A stretch of 64,000 nucleotides of DNA, taken from NCBI GenBank assembly GCA_963663165.1, contig OY760175.1, positions 6,144,001-6,208,000 on the forward strand. The letters are read 5' to 3'. How positions within the stretch are numbered: the first letter of the stretch is position 1; every line of letters begins with the position of its first letter. The notes beneath the pieces were generated by a model. It saw only the letters and a program-made list of their open reading frames with translations. It did no database searches and was not told the DNA's origin. The DNA comes from an uncultured Desulfospira sp. Lineage in GTDB: Bacteria; Desulfobacterota; Desulfobacteria; Desulfobacterales; Desulfobacteraceae. Positions 46,675 through 56,170 of the stretch are shown piece by piece. The position numbers and the translations under genes were made by a program.

Positions 46675-47610
46675 TTACAAATTTTTAAGCCGTGCCATCA
46701 TCTCATGTTCTTCTTTTAGAATGGCGTGGGCCGTTTTGACATCAACTTTTTCAAACTGGATAAAATCTCCCGGCGTTGTCTGGACCACCCGGGAGATATC
46801 CGAGGAAATCACCGTGGCAATCTTGGCATACCCGCCCACGGTCTGCTCCACTAAGAGGATGATGGGCTGTTCGTCGGCCGGGATCTGGATGGAACCGGGC
46901 ATGGAGGGCTCGGACACAATGCTTTTGGGCATGTCTTCTTTGATGGGCACCGCCTCACCCATGAGCCGGTACCCCATGCGGTCGGCCTTGGGCGTGACCA
47001 TGTAAGGCTGCTTAAACAGCAGATCAAGCCCTTTATCAAAGTAGTCGTCCTGGGGGCCGGGGATGACCCTGATGGTTGCCTGTGACGGATATTGGGGGAT
47101 AAACTGGTCCGGAATCGACTTTGGGCTTGCCAAAAGCGGGGCGTCTATCGTGTCCAGAACATCGTTGGCCTGCAGGGGGCGCCCCAGAAATCCACCCAAC
47201 TTTCCACCGGCGTAAGTGGACCGGCTGCCCATGATTTTAGGCACGTCAATCCCCCCTGAAAAGGCCAGATAGGCCCGGCAGCCTGACTTGACCTGGCCCA
47301 GGGTGACCTTGTCCCCGGGGCTCACCCTGAGGGTCTGCCAGGCCTCTTTTTCTTCATCATTGATCTTAATGCCCATCCGGGCACCGGTCAGGGCCATGTC
47401 CATCTCTTTTAATATTTCAAAGGACGGCCCCATGACGGTAAGCTCTAAGGCTGCGGCGGTCTGGGGGTTGCCCGCCAGAAGGTTGGCCATGGCAAAGGCG
47501 GTTTTGTCAAGAGCCCCGGATACCGGGACCCCCATGTGCTGGAACCCGGTTCTCCCTAAGTCCTGGACCGTGGTATATCCGCCGGGGGCCAGAATTTTAA
47601 TGGCGCTCAT
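46675..47610 (-). CDS. pxpC: 5-oxoprolinase subunit C / KipA (allophanate hydrolase subunit 2-like carboxyltransferase)
   Basis: TTVQDLGR, GVPVSGALD, GSRST, DRMGYRL, PGSIQIP and QTVGGYAKIA motifs. Confidence 0.9.
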   Translation of the reverse strand: MSAIKILAPGGYTTVQDLGRTGFQHMGVPVSGALDKTAFAMANLLAGNPQTAAALELTVMGPSFEILKEMDMALTGARMGIKINDEEKEAWQTLRVSPGDKVTLGQVKSGCRAYLAFSGGIDVPKIMGSRSTYAGGKLGGFLGRPLQANDVLDTIDAPLLASPKSIPDQFIPQYPSQATIRVIPGPQDDYFDKGLDLLFKQPYMVTPKADRMGYRLMGEAVPIKEDMPKSIVSEPSMPGSIQIPADEQPIILLVEQTVGGYAKIATVISSDISRVVQTTPGDFIQFEKVDVKTAHAILKEEHEMMARLKNL

Positions 47611-48329
47611 GACAGGCCCTCCTCTTTTTTGATGCGGTCAAACTCCGGCCTTGAAATGGAAAAAAATTGAATCTTGTCGCCGGCCCGGTAACGAAAGGGG
47701 TTTTGTTTTTCAGGGGCAAACAGGTTCAGGGGGGTCTGCCCGATGATCTGCCATCCCCCGGGCGAGGTAATGGGATAGATCCCGGTCTGGTTGTTGGCAA
47801 TGCCCACCGAGCCTTTGGGAACGCTCATTCTCGGGGTCTTGAGCCGCGGGGTGGCCAGGCGCGGGTCCAGGCCGCCAAGAAAGGGAAACCCCGGGGTGAA
47901 TCCCACCATGTAAATCAAGTAGGCGGTTTGGGTGTGGATCTTGATAACCTCTTCACAGGAAAGGCCCGAGGACGCCATGACATGGTTCATATCAGGCCCT
48001 AAGTCCTCGTCATAGCAGACCGGAATCTTAACAATGGTTTCACTGAAAACCTGTTTTGAATGGGTATCCCATTGTCCGGTTTCGATTTTCTTTTCTAGCT
48101 CTTCCGGGCTGGTTTCCAAAGGGTCATAGTTGATGAGAACCGACCGGTAGGTGGGGATAATCTCCCTTATGCCGACGGGCTTATCCTTTTCCAGTGCCCG
48201 GGCCAGGGTCCTGACCCGGCCGTTGACCTCAGGGTCAATGCCCGGGCCTAACTCCACTAAAAGGCCCCGGTCTCCGGCCGGCCTGAACAGGGGTTTTTCG
48301 TAAGGGGGCAGGGTGTCGGGCTGCGCCAT
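47607..48329 (-). CDS. pxpB: 5-oxoprolinase subunit B / KipI
   Basis: PTYRS, IPVCY, GFTPGFPFLGG, GSVGIA and SPGGWQIIGQTP motifs. Confidence 0.92.
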   Translation of the reverse strand: MAQPDTLPPYEKPLFRPAGDRGLLVELGPGIDPEVNGRVRTLARALEKDKPVGIREIIPTYRSVLINYDPLETSPEELEKKIETGQWDTHSKQVFSETIVKIPVCYDEDLGPDMNHVMASSGLSCEEVIKIHTQTAYLIYMVGFTPGFPFLGGLDPRLATPRLKTPRMSVPKGSVGIANNQTGIYPITSPGGWQIIGQTPLNLFAPEKQNPFRYRAGDKIQFFSISRPEFDRIKKEEGLS

Positions 48330-49099
48330 TATGCCTCTCCCATGGGCATCACCTTGAAGTCATTTTCTTCAAGTTTCGCCCGAATGGTTTTGACCAGATC
48401 CAGGGCCGCTTTGTTGTCCCCGTGGACGCAAAGGGTCTGGGCTTCCAGTTCAATCACGGTGCCGTCCACGGCTTTAACAAAGCCATTGGCCATGTCCAGG
48501 GCCCGCTGGGCCACAATTTCAGGATCTGAAATAACCGCCCCGGGCTGTTTTCTGGATACCAGGGTTCCTTCAGGGGTATAGGCCCGGTCCGGAAAGGCTT
48601 CATAGGCCACTTTAAGGCCTAAATCCTTTCCCACCTGCCTCATGGTTTCCCCCTTTTTGCCGGCCAGGGCCACAAAAATCAGCCCGGGGTCAAGGGACAG
48701 GATGCCTTGGGCCACCGCCCTTGCCGTGGTTTCATCCTCCACGGCATCCAGGTATAGGGCCCCGTGGGGTTTGACGTGCTGGAGGTTTGCCCGGCAGGCG
48801 ATGCAGAATCCTTTGAGCGCCCCGATCTGGTAGATCAGGTAGTTTTTAACTTCATCGGCCGTGGCCGCCATGCTTCTTCTGCCGAATCCGAGAAGGTCCG
48901 GGTATCCCGGATGGGCCCCGATGGCCACCTGGTTGTCAACGGCAAGCGTTACGGTCTTTTCCATGACCATGGGATCTCCGGCGTGGAATCCGCAGGCAAT
49001 GTTGGCCGAAGAGATGGATGCCATGACCTGTTCATCCATGCCGATCCTGTAAGCCCCAAAGCTTTCGCCCATATCACAGTTTAAATCGATTCGTTTCAT
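48329..49099 (-). CDS. pxpA: 5-oxoprolinase subunit A (LamB/YcsF family)
   Basis: DLNCDMGES, NIACGFHAGD, GAHP, GFGRR, HVKPHGALY and LCVHGD motifs. Confidence 0.95.
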   Translation of the reverse strand: MKRIDLNCDMGESFGAYRIGMDEQVMASISSANIACGFHAGDPMVMEKTVTLAVDNQVAIGAHPGYPDLLGFGRRSMAATADEVKNYLIYQIGALKGFCIACRANLQHVKPHGALYLDAVEDETTARAVAQGILSLDPGLIFVALAGKKGETMRQVGKDLGLKVAYEAFPDRAYTPEGTLVSRKQPGAVISDPEIVAQRALDMANGFVKAVDGTVIELEAQTLCVHGDNKAALDLVKTIRAKLEENDFKVMPMGEA

Positions 49100-49198
49100 T
49101 TTGAATTTGATTAACCTTTCCAGATCACTTGTTTTTTTAGATATTCCAGAATATATCTTTGCTATTTAAAAATTTCCATTCGGTGTTTGAGTAAACCC

Positions 49199-49324
49199 GT
49201 GTTTGGACGAAAATTTGCCCAGGTGCAAGGCGCATGAAAATTTGCAACCGGAGCAACCTTTAGGGTTGTGAGGATTGCAGATTTTCTTGCAACGCAGCAG
49301 ATGGGTGAATTTTCGTTCAAACAC
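49199..49324. mobile_element. MITE-like family B, copy 3
   Basis: GTGTTTGGACGAAAA ... TTTTCGTTCAAACAC; last base overlaps the dctM TAG (49324-49326). Confidence 0.8.
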
Positions 49325-50634
49325 TATTGTCCGGTCATCAGCTGCGGCAGTATCAGGGCAATCTTGGGAAAAATAGTCAAAATGGCCGTGGTCATCAGCA
49401 TGAGAAAGAAAAAGGGCAGCGCATGCTTGGCAATCTTCATAATGGGCTCCCCGGTCAGTCCCTGGATGACAAAGAGATTAAATCCCACCGGCGGGGTGAT
49501 CTGGCTGACCTCCACCATGAGGATCAGGTAGATTCCGAACCAGATGGGGTCAAAACCGGCCGCCGTCACCATGGGAAGGGCAATGGGCAGGCTCATGACC
49601 ACAATGGAAAACCCGTCCAGCAGGCAGCCCAGGATAATATAAAACAGCCCCAGCAAAATCATGAGCATGTACGGGGAGAGGTTTAACCCGGCAATGGCCT
49701 GGGTAATGGCCGCAGGGATCCCTAAAAATCCCATGGCCCGGGACAAGAAACCGGCCCCCACCACAATGAGCATGATCATGGCATTGGTCTTGACCGCGCC
49801 TTTAAGGCATTCAAAAAAGATTTTAAAGGTCATGTGCCGGTTGAGGACGGCAAAGACAAGGGCGCCGAAAACCCCCAGGGCTGCGGCTTCTGTCGGTGTG
49901 GCAAACCCGCCGTAGATGGAGCCGAGCACCATGAGAATCAACATCAGGGTCGGGGCCAGGTCCTTGAGCCCGATGAGCCGGTCGGCCCAGGTGTAGGTGT
50001 CCTGGGTCCGGGGGGCAATATCCGGGTTTTTAATGCCGCAAAAAATAATATAGGCGGAATAGACCGACGCCAGCAAAAGTCCCGGCAGAACCCCGGCCAT
50101 GAACATCTTGCCGATGGAGACCTCGGCCAGGATGGCATATACGATCATGATCAGCGACGGCGGAATCAGAAATCCCAAGGTGCCGGCCCCGGCAAGGGAC
50201 CCCATGGACAGGCTCCGGTCATACCCGAGCTTGTCAAATTCCGCCAGGGTGATTCTGCCCACCGTGGCAGTGGTGGCGGCACTGGAGCCGGAAACCGCGG
50301 CAAACAGGGTGCATGAGACAATGTTCATGAGCAAAAGCCCCCCGGGCAGCCGGTAAAGCCAGGGAACCAGGGACTTGAACAGCCGTTCCGATATGCCGGA
50401 CCGGTATAAGATTTCCCCCATTAAGATAAAGAGGGGCAGGGCCACATATTCCCATTTTTCAATGGTGGCCCAGACCGAGGAGGCCATGTTGTTTCCGGCC
50501 GGCAGGGAGGAAAACAATCCCATGCCGATAAACCCGACAATGAACAGGGAAAATCCCACCCAGATGCCGGCGGCCAGGGTCAGAAACAGGCATCCGAAAA
50601 CAATGACGGACATGAGCAGCAGTTCAGATTCCAT
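49324..50634 (-). CDS. dctM: TRAP transporter large permease
   Basis: LPLFILMG, GTLGFLIPPS, TPTEAA and ITPPVGFNLF motifs; ATG 50634 fits the GGAGGT RBS. Confidence 0.95.
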   Translation of the reverse strand: MESELLLMSVIVFGCLFLTLAAGIWVGFSLFIVGFIGMGLFSSLPAGNNMASSVWATIEKWEYVALPLFILMGEILYRSGISERLFKSLVPWLYRLPGGLLLMNIVSCTLFAAVSGSSAATTATVGRITLAEFDKLGYDRSLSMGSLAGAGTLGFLIPPSLIMIVYAILAEVSIGKMFMAGVLPGLLLASVYSAYIIFCGIKNPDIAPRTQDTYTWADRLIGLKDLAPTLMLILMVLGSIYGGFATPTEAAALGVFGALVFAVLNRHMTFKIFFECLKGAVKTNAMIMLIVVGAGFLSRAMGFLGIPAAITQAIAGLNLSPYMLMILLGLFYIILGCLLDGFSIVVMSLPIALPMVTAAGFDPIWFGIYLILMVEVSQITPPVGFNLFVIQGLTGEPIMKIAKHALPFFFLMLMTTAILTIFPKIALILPQLMTGQ

Positions 50635-51137
50635 CACACCACCTCCTCTTTGGTTTGAATGGCCGCAAATGTTTTGATGGTGGTGGCGGCAAGCTCAAAA
50701 AAGAAGCAGGCCGCTCCGGCCAGCATGATGGCCTGGGGGATCCACAAAGGGGTATGGGTCAAGGTTCCGGAGGTGGATTCATACCGCAGGGAAGACTGGA
50801 CCATCTTTAACAGGTAGATCCACAGGTATCCCATAAAGGCGGTGGTGGTAAGCGTGGCCAGAAAGGTAATGGTCCGGGCCGCCTTTGGGGGCAGAAATCC
50901 CAGGACCAGGGTGATCCTTATATGCCCTTTTTCTTTCAGGCAGTATCCGGCACCCATGAATATAATGGCAGCAAGCCCGTAGGCGCTGTATTCGTCGCTG
51001 ATAAGGGTGGTTTTTTCAAAGGCGTTCCACAGAAAAATTTCCACGAGGATAAGCAGGGTCATAAGCCCTAAGACCACGGCGGAAATATTGGCCATGATCT
51101 CACTTAAGGCATCAGAAAGTTTAACTAATCGGTTCAT
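50634..51137 (-). CDS. dctQ: TRAP transporter small permease
   Basis: 4 TM helices; DEYSAY, GHIRI and PLWIPQ motifs; start likely ATG 51137. Confidence 0.9.
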   Translation of the reverse strand: MNRLVKLSDALSEIMANISAVVLGLMTLLILVEIFLWNAFEKTTLISDEYSAYGLAAIIFMGAGYCLKEKGHIRITLVLGFLPPKAARTITFLATLTTTAFMGYLWIYLLKMVQSSLRYESTSGTLTHTPLWIPQAIMLAGAACFFFELAATTIKTFAAIQTKEEVV

Positions 51138-51152
51138 TGGGGGCTCCACAAA

Positions 51153-51240
51153 AGGCCGAAGGGGTTTAGGCTGAAGGCTGTTTAGGCCGAAGGGGTTGAT
51201 CCTTTCTCTCCTAACTGCCCTCAGCCTTCAGTCTTCAGCC
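51153..51240. repeat. AGGCTGA-type heptamer arrays in inverted arrangement
   Basis: AGGCTGAAGGCTG...CAGCCTTCAGTCTTCAGCC; same unit tandemly repeated at 54832-54868. Confidence 0.65.
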
Positions 51241-51249
51241 TATGAAAAT

Positions 51250-52239
51250 CTATCGGCCGGTGATTTTATAGTATTGATCCAAAATGGCCTGGGCATCGGC
51301 CCCGGCTTTCTGAGCCCATTCGGCCCTGAGTTTTTCACCCACGGCATTGAGCTGGGCCCGGAATTCCTTGGATACCGGGTTGATGGTCATTCCGTTTTCG
51401 GTCAGGGTGGCCCGGCTTTTCCGGTCCATGTCCCCGGCCAGGTTCCACATTTCATCTTCCATCTCTGCCGCAATCTCAAGGACAATGGCCTGGGTCTTTG
51501 GATCGAGTTTGTCCCAGGCGGCCTTGTTGACGTTGATCATGTTCACCGGCCCCACAATGTTGATGGGGGTAAAGAACTTGAGAACTTCCCAGGCTTTGGC
51601 ATCCACGCCGGATACCGAAGAGGTGTACATGGAGTCCAGAAGGCCGGCTTTCATGGCCGGATATACTTCGGAAAAGGGCATTTTTCTTGCGGCGATGCCG
51701 GTGGCATTACCGAATGCCAGGCCGGTGCCGTCATACACCCTCATCTTAAGGCCGGACAGATCGGCTTCGGAATTGATGGCCCGCTGGGTATAGATGCCGG
51801 AAAAAGGCCATACTGAGGTGTAAAGGGTCTTCTGGTTGAATTTTTCCAGTTTCTGGGCATAAACCGGTTTGGCCAGCTGGTAAAGAAGGCGCTGTTCAAA
51901 GGCGTTGGTGGAGATAAAGGGCTGGGCGGTCAACGCCAGCACCGGGGCATCCCCTTCAACCATGCCCGTGGGGATTTCGGCAATGGCCAGCTGGCCTTCG
52001 GCAACGGCCTTGAGCAGCTCTGGCCCCTTGAACCCCAGGGAAGATCCCGGGTGAAGAACGATTTCAAGTTCCCCGTTGGTGGCTTTGGCCACCCGGTCGG
52101 CAAACTCCTGGGCACCCTTGGAATGAAAGTTGCCGGCAGGATAGTTTAAGTGCAGGTCCCATTTGGTCTTGGCCCATGCGCTGGACAGGCCGGTCAGGGC
52201 AAATGCCAGGCCGGTCAACAGAATCAGTGCTTTTTTCAT
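51250..52239 (-). CDS. dctP: TRAP transporter substrate-binding protein
   Basis: Signal peptide; FADRVAKATNGEL, DLSGLKMR and MPFSEVYPAM motifs. Confidence 0.92.
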   Translation of the reverse strand: MKKALILLTGLAFALTGLSSAWAKTKWDLHLNYPAGNFHSKGAQEFADRVAKATNGELEIVLHPGSSLGFKGPELLKAVAEGQLAIAEIPTGMVEGDAPVLALTAQPFISTNAFEQRLLYQLAKPVYAQKLEKFNQKTLYTSVWPFSGIYTQRAINSEADLSGLKMRVYDGTGLAFGNATGIAARKMPFSEVYPAMKAGLLDSMYTSSVSGVDAKAWEVLKFFTPINIVGPVNMINVNKAAWDKLDPKTQAIVLEIAAEMEDEMWNLAGDMDRKSRATLTENGMTINPVSKEFRAQLNAVGEKLRAEWAQKAGADAQAILDQYYKITGR

Positions 52240-52305
52240 TTTCTTCCTCCTTAAATTAATAAATTAAATGACTTCCGGCCAAAGCCGGGGGTAAATATGT
52301 GCGGT

Positions 52306-52387
52306 CAGCCATTAGTCGTTAGCTTTTAGCTGTCAGCGGGTCGAGGGGACCCAAAAGCTAACAGCTAATGGCTAACAGCTTATAGCT
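52306..52387. repeat. AGCTAAC-type heptamer arrays in inverted arrangement
   Basis: CAGCCATTAGTCGTTAGCTTTTAGCTGTCAGC ... AGCTAACAGCTAATGGCTAACAGCT. Confidence 0.65.
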
Positions 52388-53083
52388 TCAAGTCGTCATA
52401 AACAAAATAATCCGCTGCCTGAAGGTTTCGGTATGGTCCTCAAGCAATGCTTTCAGCTTTGTTAAATTTTTTTCCTTAAGATACTCGATAATCCGGTCAT
52501 GTTCGGTGACCACGGATTCATGGTGGGCCGACAGGGGCCGTTCCGGGTCAATGGGATTTCCATAAGACAGGTAGGAAAGCCGTTTGGCCTCGTTTCGGAC
52601 GTCTCTGACCGCCCGGATTAAAAATTCATTCTGGGAGCATTTGGCAAACCCCATGTGAAATTCATGGTTAGCCTCCACCAGTTTGAAGACCTGATTTTCA
52701 CTGATGGCCTTTCTGACTTTCTGATTGGCGGCTTCCATGGTTTTAAACAGGGATGAGCAGTCTTTTTTTACCGCTGTTTCAGCCACCCCGTTTTCAATGA
52801 TCAGCATGCTTTCGAACATGGCCTTGGTGTTTTGCAGGGTAATGGGCCGGACAATCATCCCTTTGTTGGGAAGGGATTCCACCATTTTTTCCCCCTGAAG
52901 CCGGACCAGGGCCTCCCGGACCGGGGTCCGGCCGATACCGGTTTCCTCCATGAGCTGGCCCTCTTCCAGATGCTGGCTGGGCTGGTATTCAAGGCTGATA
53001 ATTTTTCTGACAATGGCTTCATAGGCGCAGACCGCCAGGGGCTTTTTGGGAAGTTTCTGGATTTTGGCCGCGGGTTTGTTCAA
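52388..53083 (-). CDS. GntR (FadR/FCD) family transcriptional regulator
   Basis: IGRTPVREAL HTH; FCD motifs NHEFH and EHDRII. Confidence 0.92.
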   Translation of the reverse strand: MNKPAAKIQKLPKKPLAVCAYEAIVRKIISLEYQPSQHLEEGQLMEETGIGRTPVREALVRLQGEKMVESLPNKGMIVRPITLQNTKAMFESMLIIENGVAETAVKKDCSSLFKTMEAANQKVRKAISENQVFKLVEANHEFHMGFAKCSQNEFLIRAVRDVRNEAKRLSYLSYGNPIDPERPLSAHHESVVTEHDRIIEYLKEKNLTKLKALLEDHTETFRQRIILFMTT

Positions 53084-53124
53084 TACAGGTTCCTTAATAC
53101 GATTATGGTTGCTTCATGGTCTGA

Positions 53125-53169
53125 AAAATATACTTGACATAGATTAAAAATATATGTCAAGTATATTTT
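53125..53169. promoter_or_regulatory. Perfect 17-bp inverted repeat in the divergent gntR/accB promoter region (probable operator)
   Basis: AAAATATACTTGACATA-N11-TATGTCAAGTATATTTT; each arm contains TTGACA. Confidence 0.7.
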
Positions 53170-53210
53170 CAAAAATATTTGATTAACAGAGTACAAGGGA
53201 GGTACGGATC

Positions 53211-53462
53211 ATGGCGGACAATCTTTACACATTGAAATCACCGGTGATGGGAACTTTTTACAGGGCTTCGGCCCCTGGTGCGCCGCCTTTGGCCGAAGTC
53301 GGCAAAGCGGTCAAAGAGTCCGATATCCTCTGTGTCATTGAATCCATGAAAATTTTCACCGAACTGCGAAGCGAGGCCAACGGGGTGGTTAAAGAAATCC
53401 TGGTGGAAAACGAGGAGCCGGTCATGAAGAATCAGGACATCATGATTATCGAAAAAAAATAA
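53211..53462 (+). CDS. accB: Biotin carboxyl carrier protein (short, biotinyl domain only)
   Basis: SPVMGTFYR and the IESMKI biotinylation lysine motif. Confidence 0.9.
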   Translation: MADNLYTLKSPVMGTFYRASAPGAPPLAEVGKAVKESDILCVIESMKIFTELRSEANGVVKEILVENEEPVMKNQDIMIIEKK

Positions 53463-53486
53463 GTTGGGTTCAGGGAAAAATATAAA

Positions 53487-54839
53487 ATGGATATCAAGCG
53501 GATTTTAATTGCCAACCGGGGGGAGATTGCCTTAAGGGTGATCCGGACCTGCCGGGAAATGGGCATTCACACCATTGCGGTGTACTCGGATGCGGACAAG
53601 GACAGCCTTCATGTCAAGGCCGCCCATGAGGCGGTTCATGTGGGGCCGGCCTTGAGCCATAAAAGTTATTTGAATATGGACCGGATCATGGCCGCGGTGG
53701 AGACATCCAATGCCGATGCGGTCCATCCGGGCTACGGGTTTTTATCGGAAAATTCAGGTTTTGCCAGGGCATGTGAGGAAAAGGGGGTGACCTTTATCGG
53801 CCCCTTGGCCGACACCATTGAACGGGCAGGGGATAAGTCCGCTGCCCGCCAGACCTTAACGGATTTAGGGGTTCCGGTGATCCCGGGCAGCCGGGATGTG
53901 CTGTCTTGCGCCGAAATGGCCTGTGAAACCGCCGATAAGGTCGGCTACCCGGTGATTCTCAAGGCATCCGGCGGCGGGGGTGGCCGGGGGATGCGGATTG
54001 CAAAAAATAAAGAAGAACTGGTCTCTGCCTTTGCCATGGCCTCAGGGGAGGCGGCAGCGGCTTTCGGCAACCCGGACATCTACCTTGAAAAATATATTGA
54101 AAAGCCCCGGCACATTGAAATCCAGATTTTAGGGGATCAGTACGGCAACTATGTCCACCTCAACGAGCGGGAGTGCAGCATCCAGATGCGGTACCAGAAA
54201 CTCATTGAAGAGGCCCCGTCCCCCTTTGTGGACAACGATTTAAGGACGGCCCTGGGGCAGACCGCCCTGAAAGTGGCCCGGGCCATTAATTATGTCAATG
54301 CCGGCACCATGGAGTTCTTAGTGGATAAGGATAAGAATTTTTACTTCATGGAGGTCAATGCCAGGGTCCAGGTGGAGCATCCGGTCACCGAATATATTAC
54401 GGGGGTGGATATTGTAGAGCAGCAGATCCGCATGGCCAGGGGAGAAAAACTTGAATTGAACCAGGAAGACCTTTCCCCCCAGGGCTGGTCAATGGAGTGC
54501 CGGATCAATGCCTGTGACCCGGATGACAATTTCATGCCCTCACCGGGGCAGATTGAGTCGGTCCGTTTTCCCGGGGGGGTGGGGGTCCGCCTGGATACCC
54601 ATATTTATGACCGGTACATGGTCAGCCCCTTTTACGACTCTCTGATCGGCAAGCTCATTGTCCATGCCAAGGACCGGCCTTCGGCCATTGGCCGCATGAG
54701 GCGGGCTTTGGATGAATTCGAGGTGACCGGGATCGCCACCACCATTGAGTTTTATAAAAAAGTGTTTGAGAACCGGGCGTTTCAGGAAGGGGAGATGACC
54801 ACCCATTTTCTGGAAGAACAGATGTTGGGGAAGGCTTAA
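53487..54839 (+). CDS. accC: Biotin carboxylase
   Basis: IANRGEIA, HPGYGFLSEN, GGGGRGM, ERECSIQ and EVNARVQVEH motifs. Confidence 0.95.
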   Translation: MDIKRILIANRGEIALRVIRTCREMGIHTIAVYSDADKDSLHVKAAHEAVHVGPALSHKSYLNMDRIMAAVETSNADAVHPGYGFLSENSGFARACEEKGVTFIGPLADTIERAGDKSAARQTLTDLGVPVIPGSRDVLSCAEMACETADKVGYPVILKASGGGGGRGMRIAKNKEELVSAFAMASGEAAAAFGNPDIYLEKYIEKPRHIEIQILGDQYGNYVHLNERECSIQMRYQKLIEEAPSPFVDNDLRTALGQTALKVARAINYVNAGTMEFLVDKDKNFYFMEVNARVQVEHPVTEYITGVDIVEQQIRMARGEKLELNQEDLSPQGWSMECRINACDPDDNFMPSPGQIESVRFPGGVGVRLDTHIYDRYMVSPFYDSLIGKLIVHAKDRPSAIGRMRRALDEFEVTGIATTIEFYKKVFENRAFQEGEMTTHFLEEQMLGKA

Positions 54840-54906
54840 AGGCTGAAGGCTGAAGGCTGAAGGATGAAAAGGCCACCGGCTTATAGGAAAAATATGGAGA
54901 GATAAA

Positions 54907-55689
54907 ATGGAAAATAAAGAAGGGCTGTGGCTCCAGGATATGACCTGGCAGGAGGCAAAACAGATTATTGAAGAGAGTGGGAGGACCATCCTGCTGCCCG
55001 TGGGCAGTACGGAACAGCACGGATATCATCTGCCCCTGGGCACCGATACCATGGTGGCCATTGATCTGGCCGCCAAAGCGTCCCAAAAGGCCCGGGTGCC
55101 CGTGGCCCCGCCCCTCTGGTTCGGGTGGAGCCCCCATCACATGGTGCTGCCCGGAACCATAACCATCCGCCCGGAAATCCTGGCCGAGCTGGCCTTTGAC
55201 GTCATATCCTCTCTTTCCCGCCACGGGTTTGAGAATTTTGTCCTGATCAACGGCCACCGGATCGTGAATATTACCTGGATGCAGATCGCCGCTGAAAGGG
55301 CCAAACGAGAACTGTCCGTCAACCCGGTGATTTTTGACCCGGCCTATATGTCCAAAACCATTGTCAAAAAAATGGGCTGGGGCAGCGTGGGGCATGCCGA
55401 AGAGATCGAAACCTCCCAGATGATGCACTGCCGGCCGGATCTGGTTCACATGGACCGGGCCGTGGACCACCCCCACACCCCGGCGGATCTCTACAGCGTG
55501 GACCCGGCCTTTGAGGGGGACACCCTGTGCTATGTGCCCTCAAGCCCCAAAGAGATGAAGGCCCTGGTCAAGGCTTCCGGCGGAACCTCAGGCGAACCCA
55601 CCAAGGCGTCGGCCGAAAAAGGGAAGGTCTATTTTGACCACCTGGTCTCACGGCTGGTGGCGGTGGTTCAAAATTTGAGAACACCCTGA
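54907..55689 (+). CDS. Creatininase-family amidohydrolase
   Basis: PVGSTEQHGYHLPLGTD, NGH and HAEEIETS metal-binding motifs. Confidence 0.9.
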   Translation: MENKEGLWLQDMTWQEAKQIIEESGRTILLPVGSTEQHGYHLPLGTDTMVAIDLAAKASQKARVPVAPPLWFGWSPHHMVLPGTITIRPEILAELAFDVISSLSRHGFENFVLINGHRIVNITWMQIAAERAKRELSVNPVIFDPAYMSKTIVKKMGWGSVGHAEEIETSQMMHCRPDLVHMDRAVDHPHTPADLYSVDPAFEGDTLCYVPSSPKEMKALVKASGGTSGEPTKASAEKGKVYFDHLVSRLVAVVQNLRTP

Positions 55690-55693
55690 TTTT

Positions 55694-56170
55694 TTACAAG
55701 TCAACCATCCGTTTATAGATTCCCGGGCTGGACCCGGGAATCACGGTGGCTGATGCGGCTTTCTTATAAAATTCAATCTGATTCTCATCAACCCACCCGG
55801 CAATGGCGTATCCGTATTCATTGTCCCACATGTCCCTCAGGCAGGAAAAAAGAAGCCTTTTACCAATTCCTTTTTTTCGTTGACCGGGTTTAATCCCAAT
55901 GGGGCCGATGTATCCTTTGGCGGTTGCGTCATAACAGGCAAACCCGACAATGATGTTTTCCTTTACACCGATGAAACAGGAGATGGGGGCCTTTGAAAAA
56001 CTTCGGTCACATTCATTGGCCCATCGGTCATTAAATTCTCTTCGGATAAATTCAGTCACCTTGCTTTTGTCCACAGCCAGGGGCCGGACGATTTTGAAAC
56101 CTTCATCAAACCGTTCCTTGGGATAGGTTCCCAAGGGCAGATCATATAATTTTATCAGTAAATCCGGCAT
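55694..56170 (-). CDS. GNAT-family N-acetyltransferase
   Basis: GFACYD, GPIG, RKKGIG acetyl-CoA loop and FYKK motifs. Confidence 0.85.
   Translation of the reverse strand: MPDLLIKLYDLPLGTYPKERFDEGFKIVRPLAVDKSKVTEFIRREFNDRWANECDRSFSKAPISCFIGVKENIIVGFACYDATAKGYIGPIGIKPGQRKKGIGKRLLFSCLRDMWDNEYGYAIAGWVDENQIEFYKKAASATVIPGSSPGIYKRMVDL

Noticed and set aside
46394..47005. 203-aa plus-strand ORF
   Set aside because: It overlaps pxpC antisense and a heptamer hairpin; TTG start and no recognisable domain.
53211..54839. Housekeeping acetyl-CoA carboxylase operon
   Set aside because: No accA/accD or fab genes nearby, the BCCP lacks the N-terminal linker region, and the context is catabolic. The symbols accB/accC denote family membership only.
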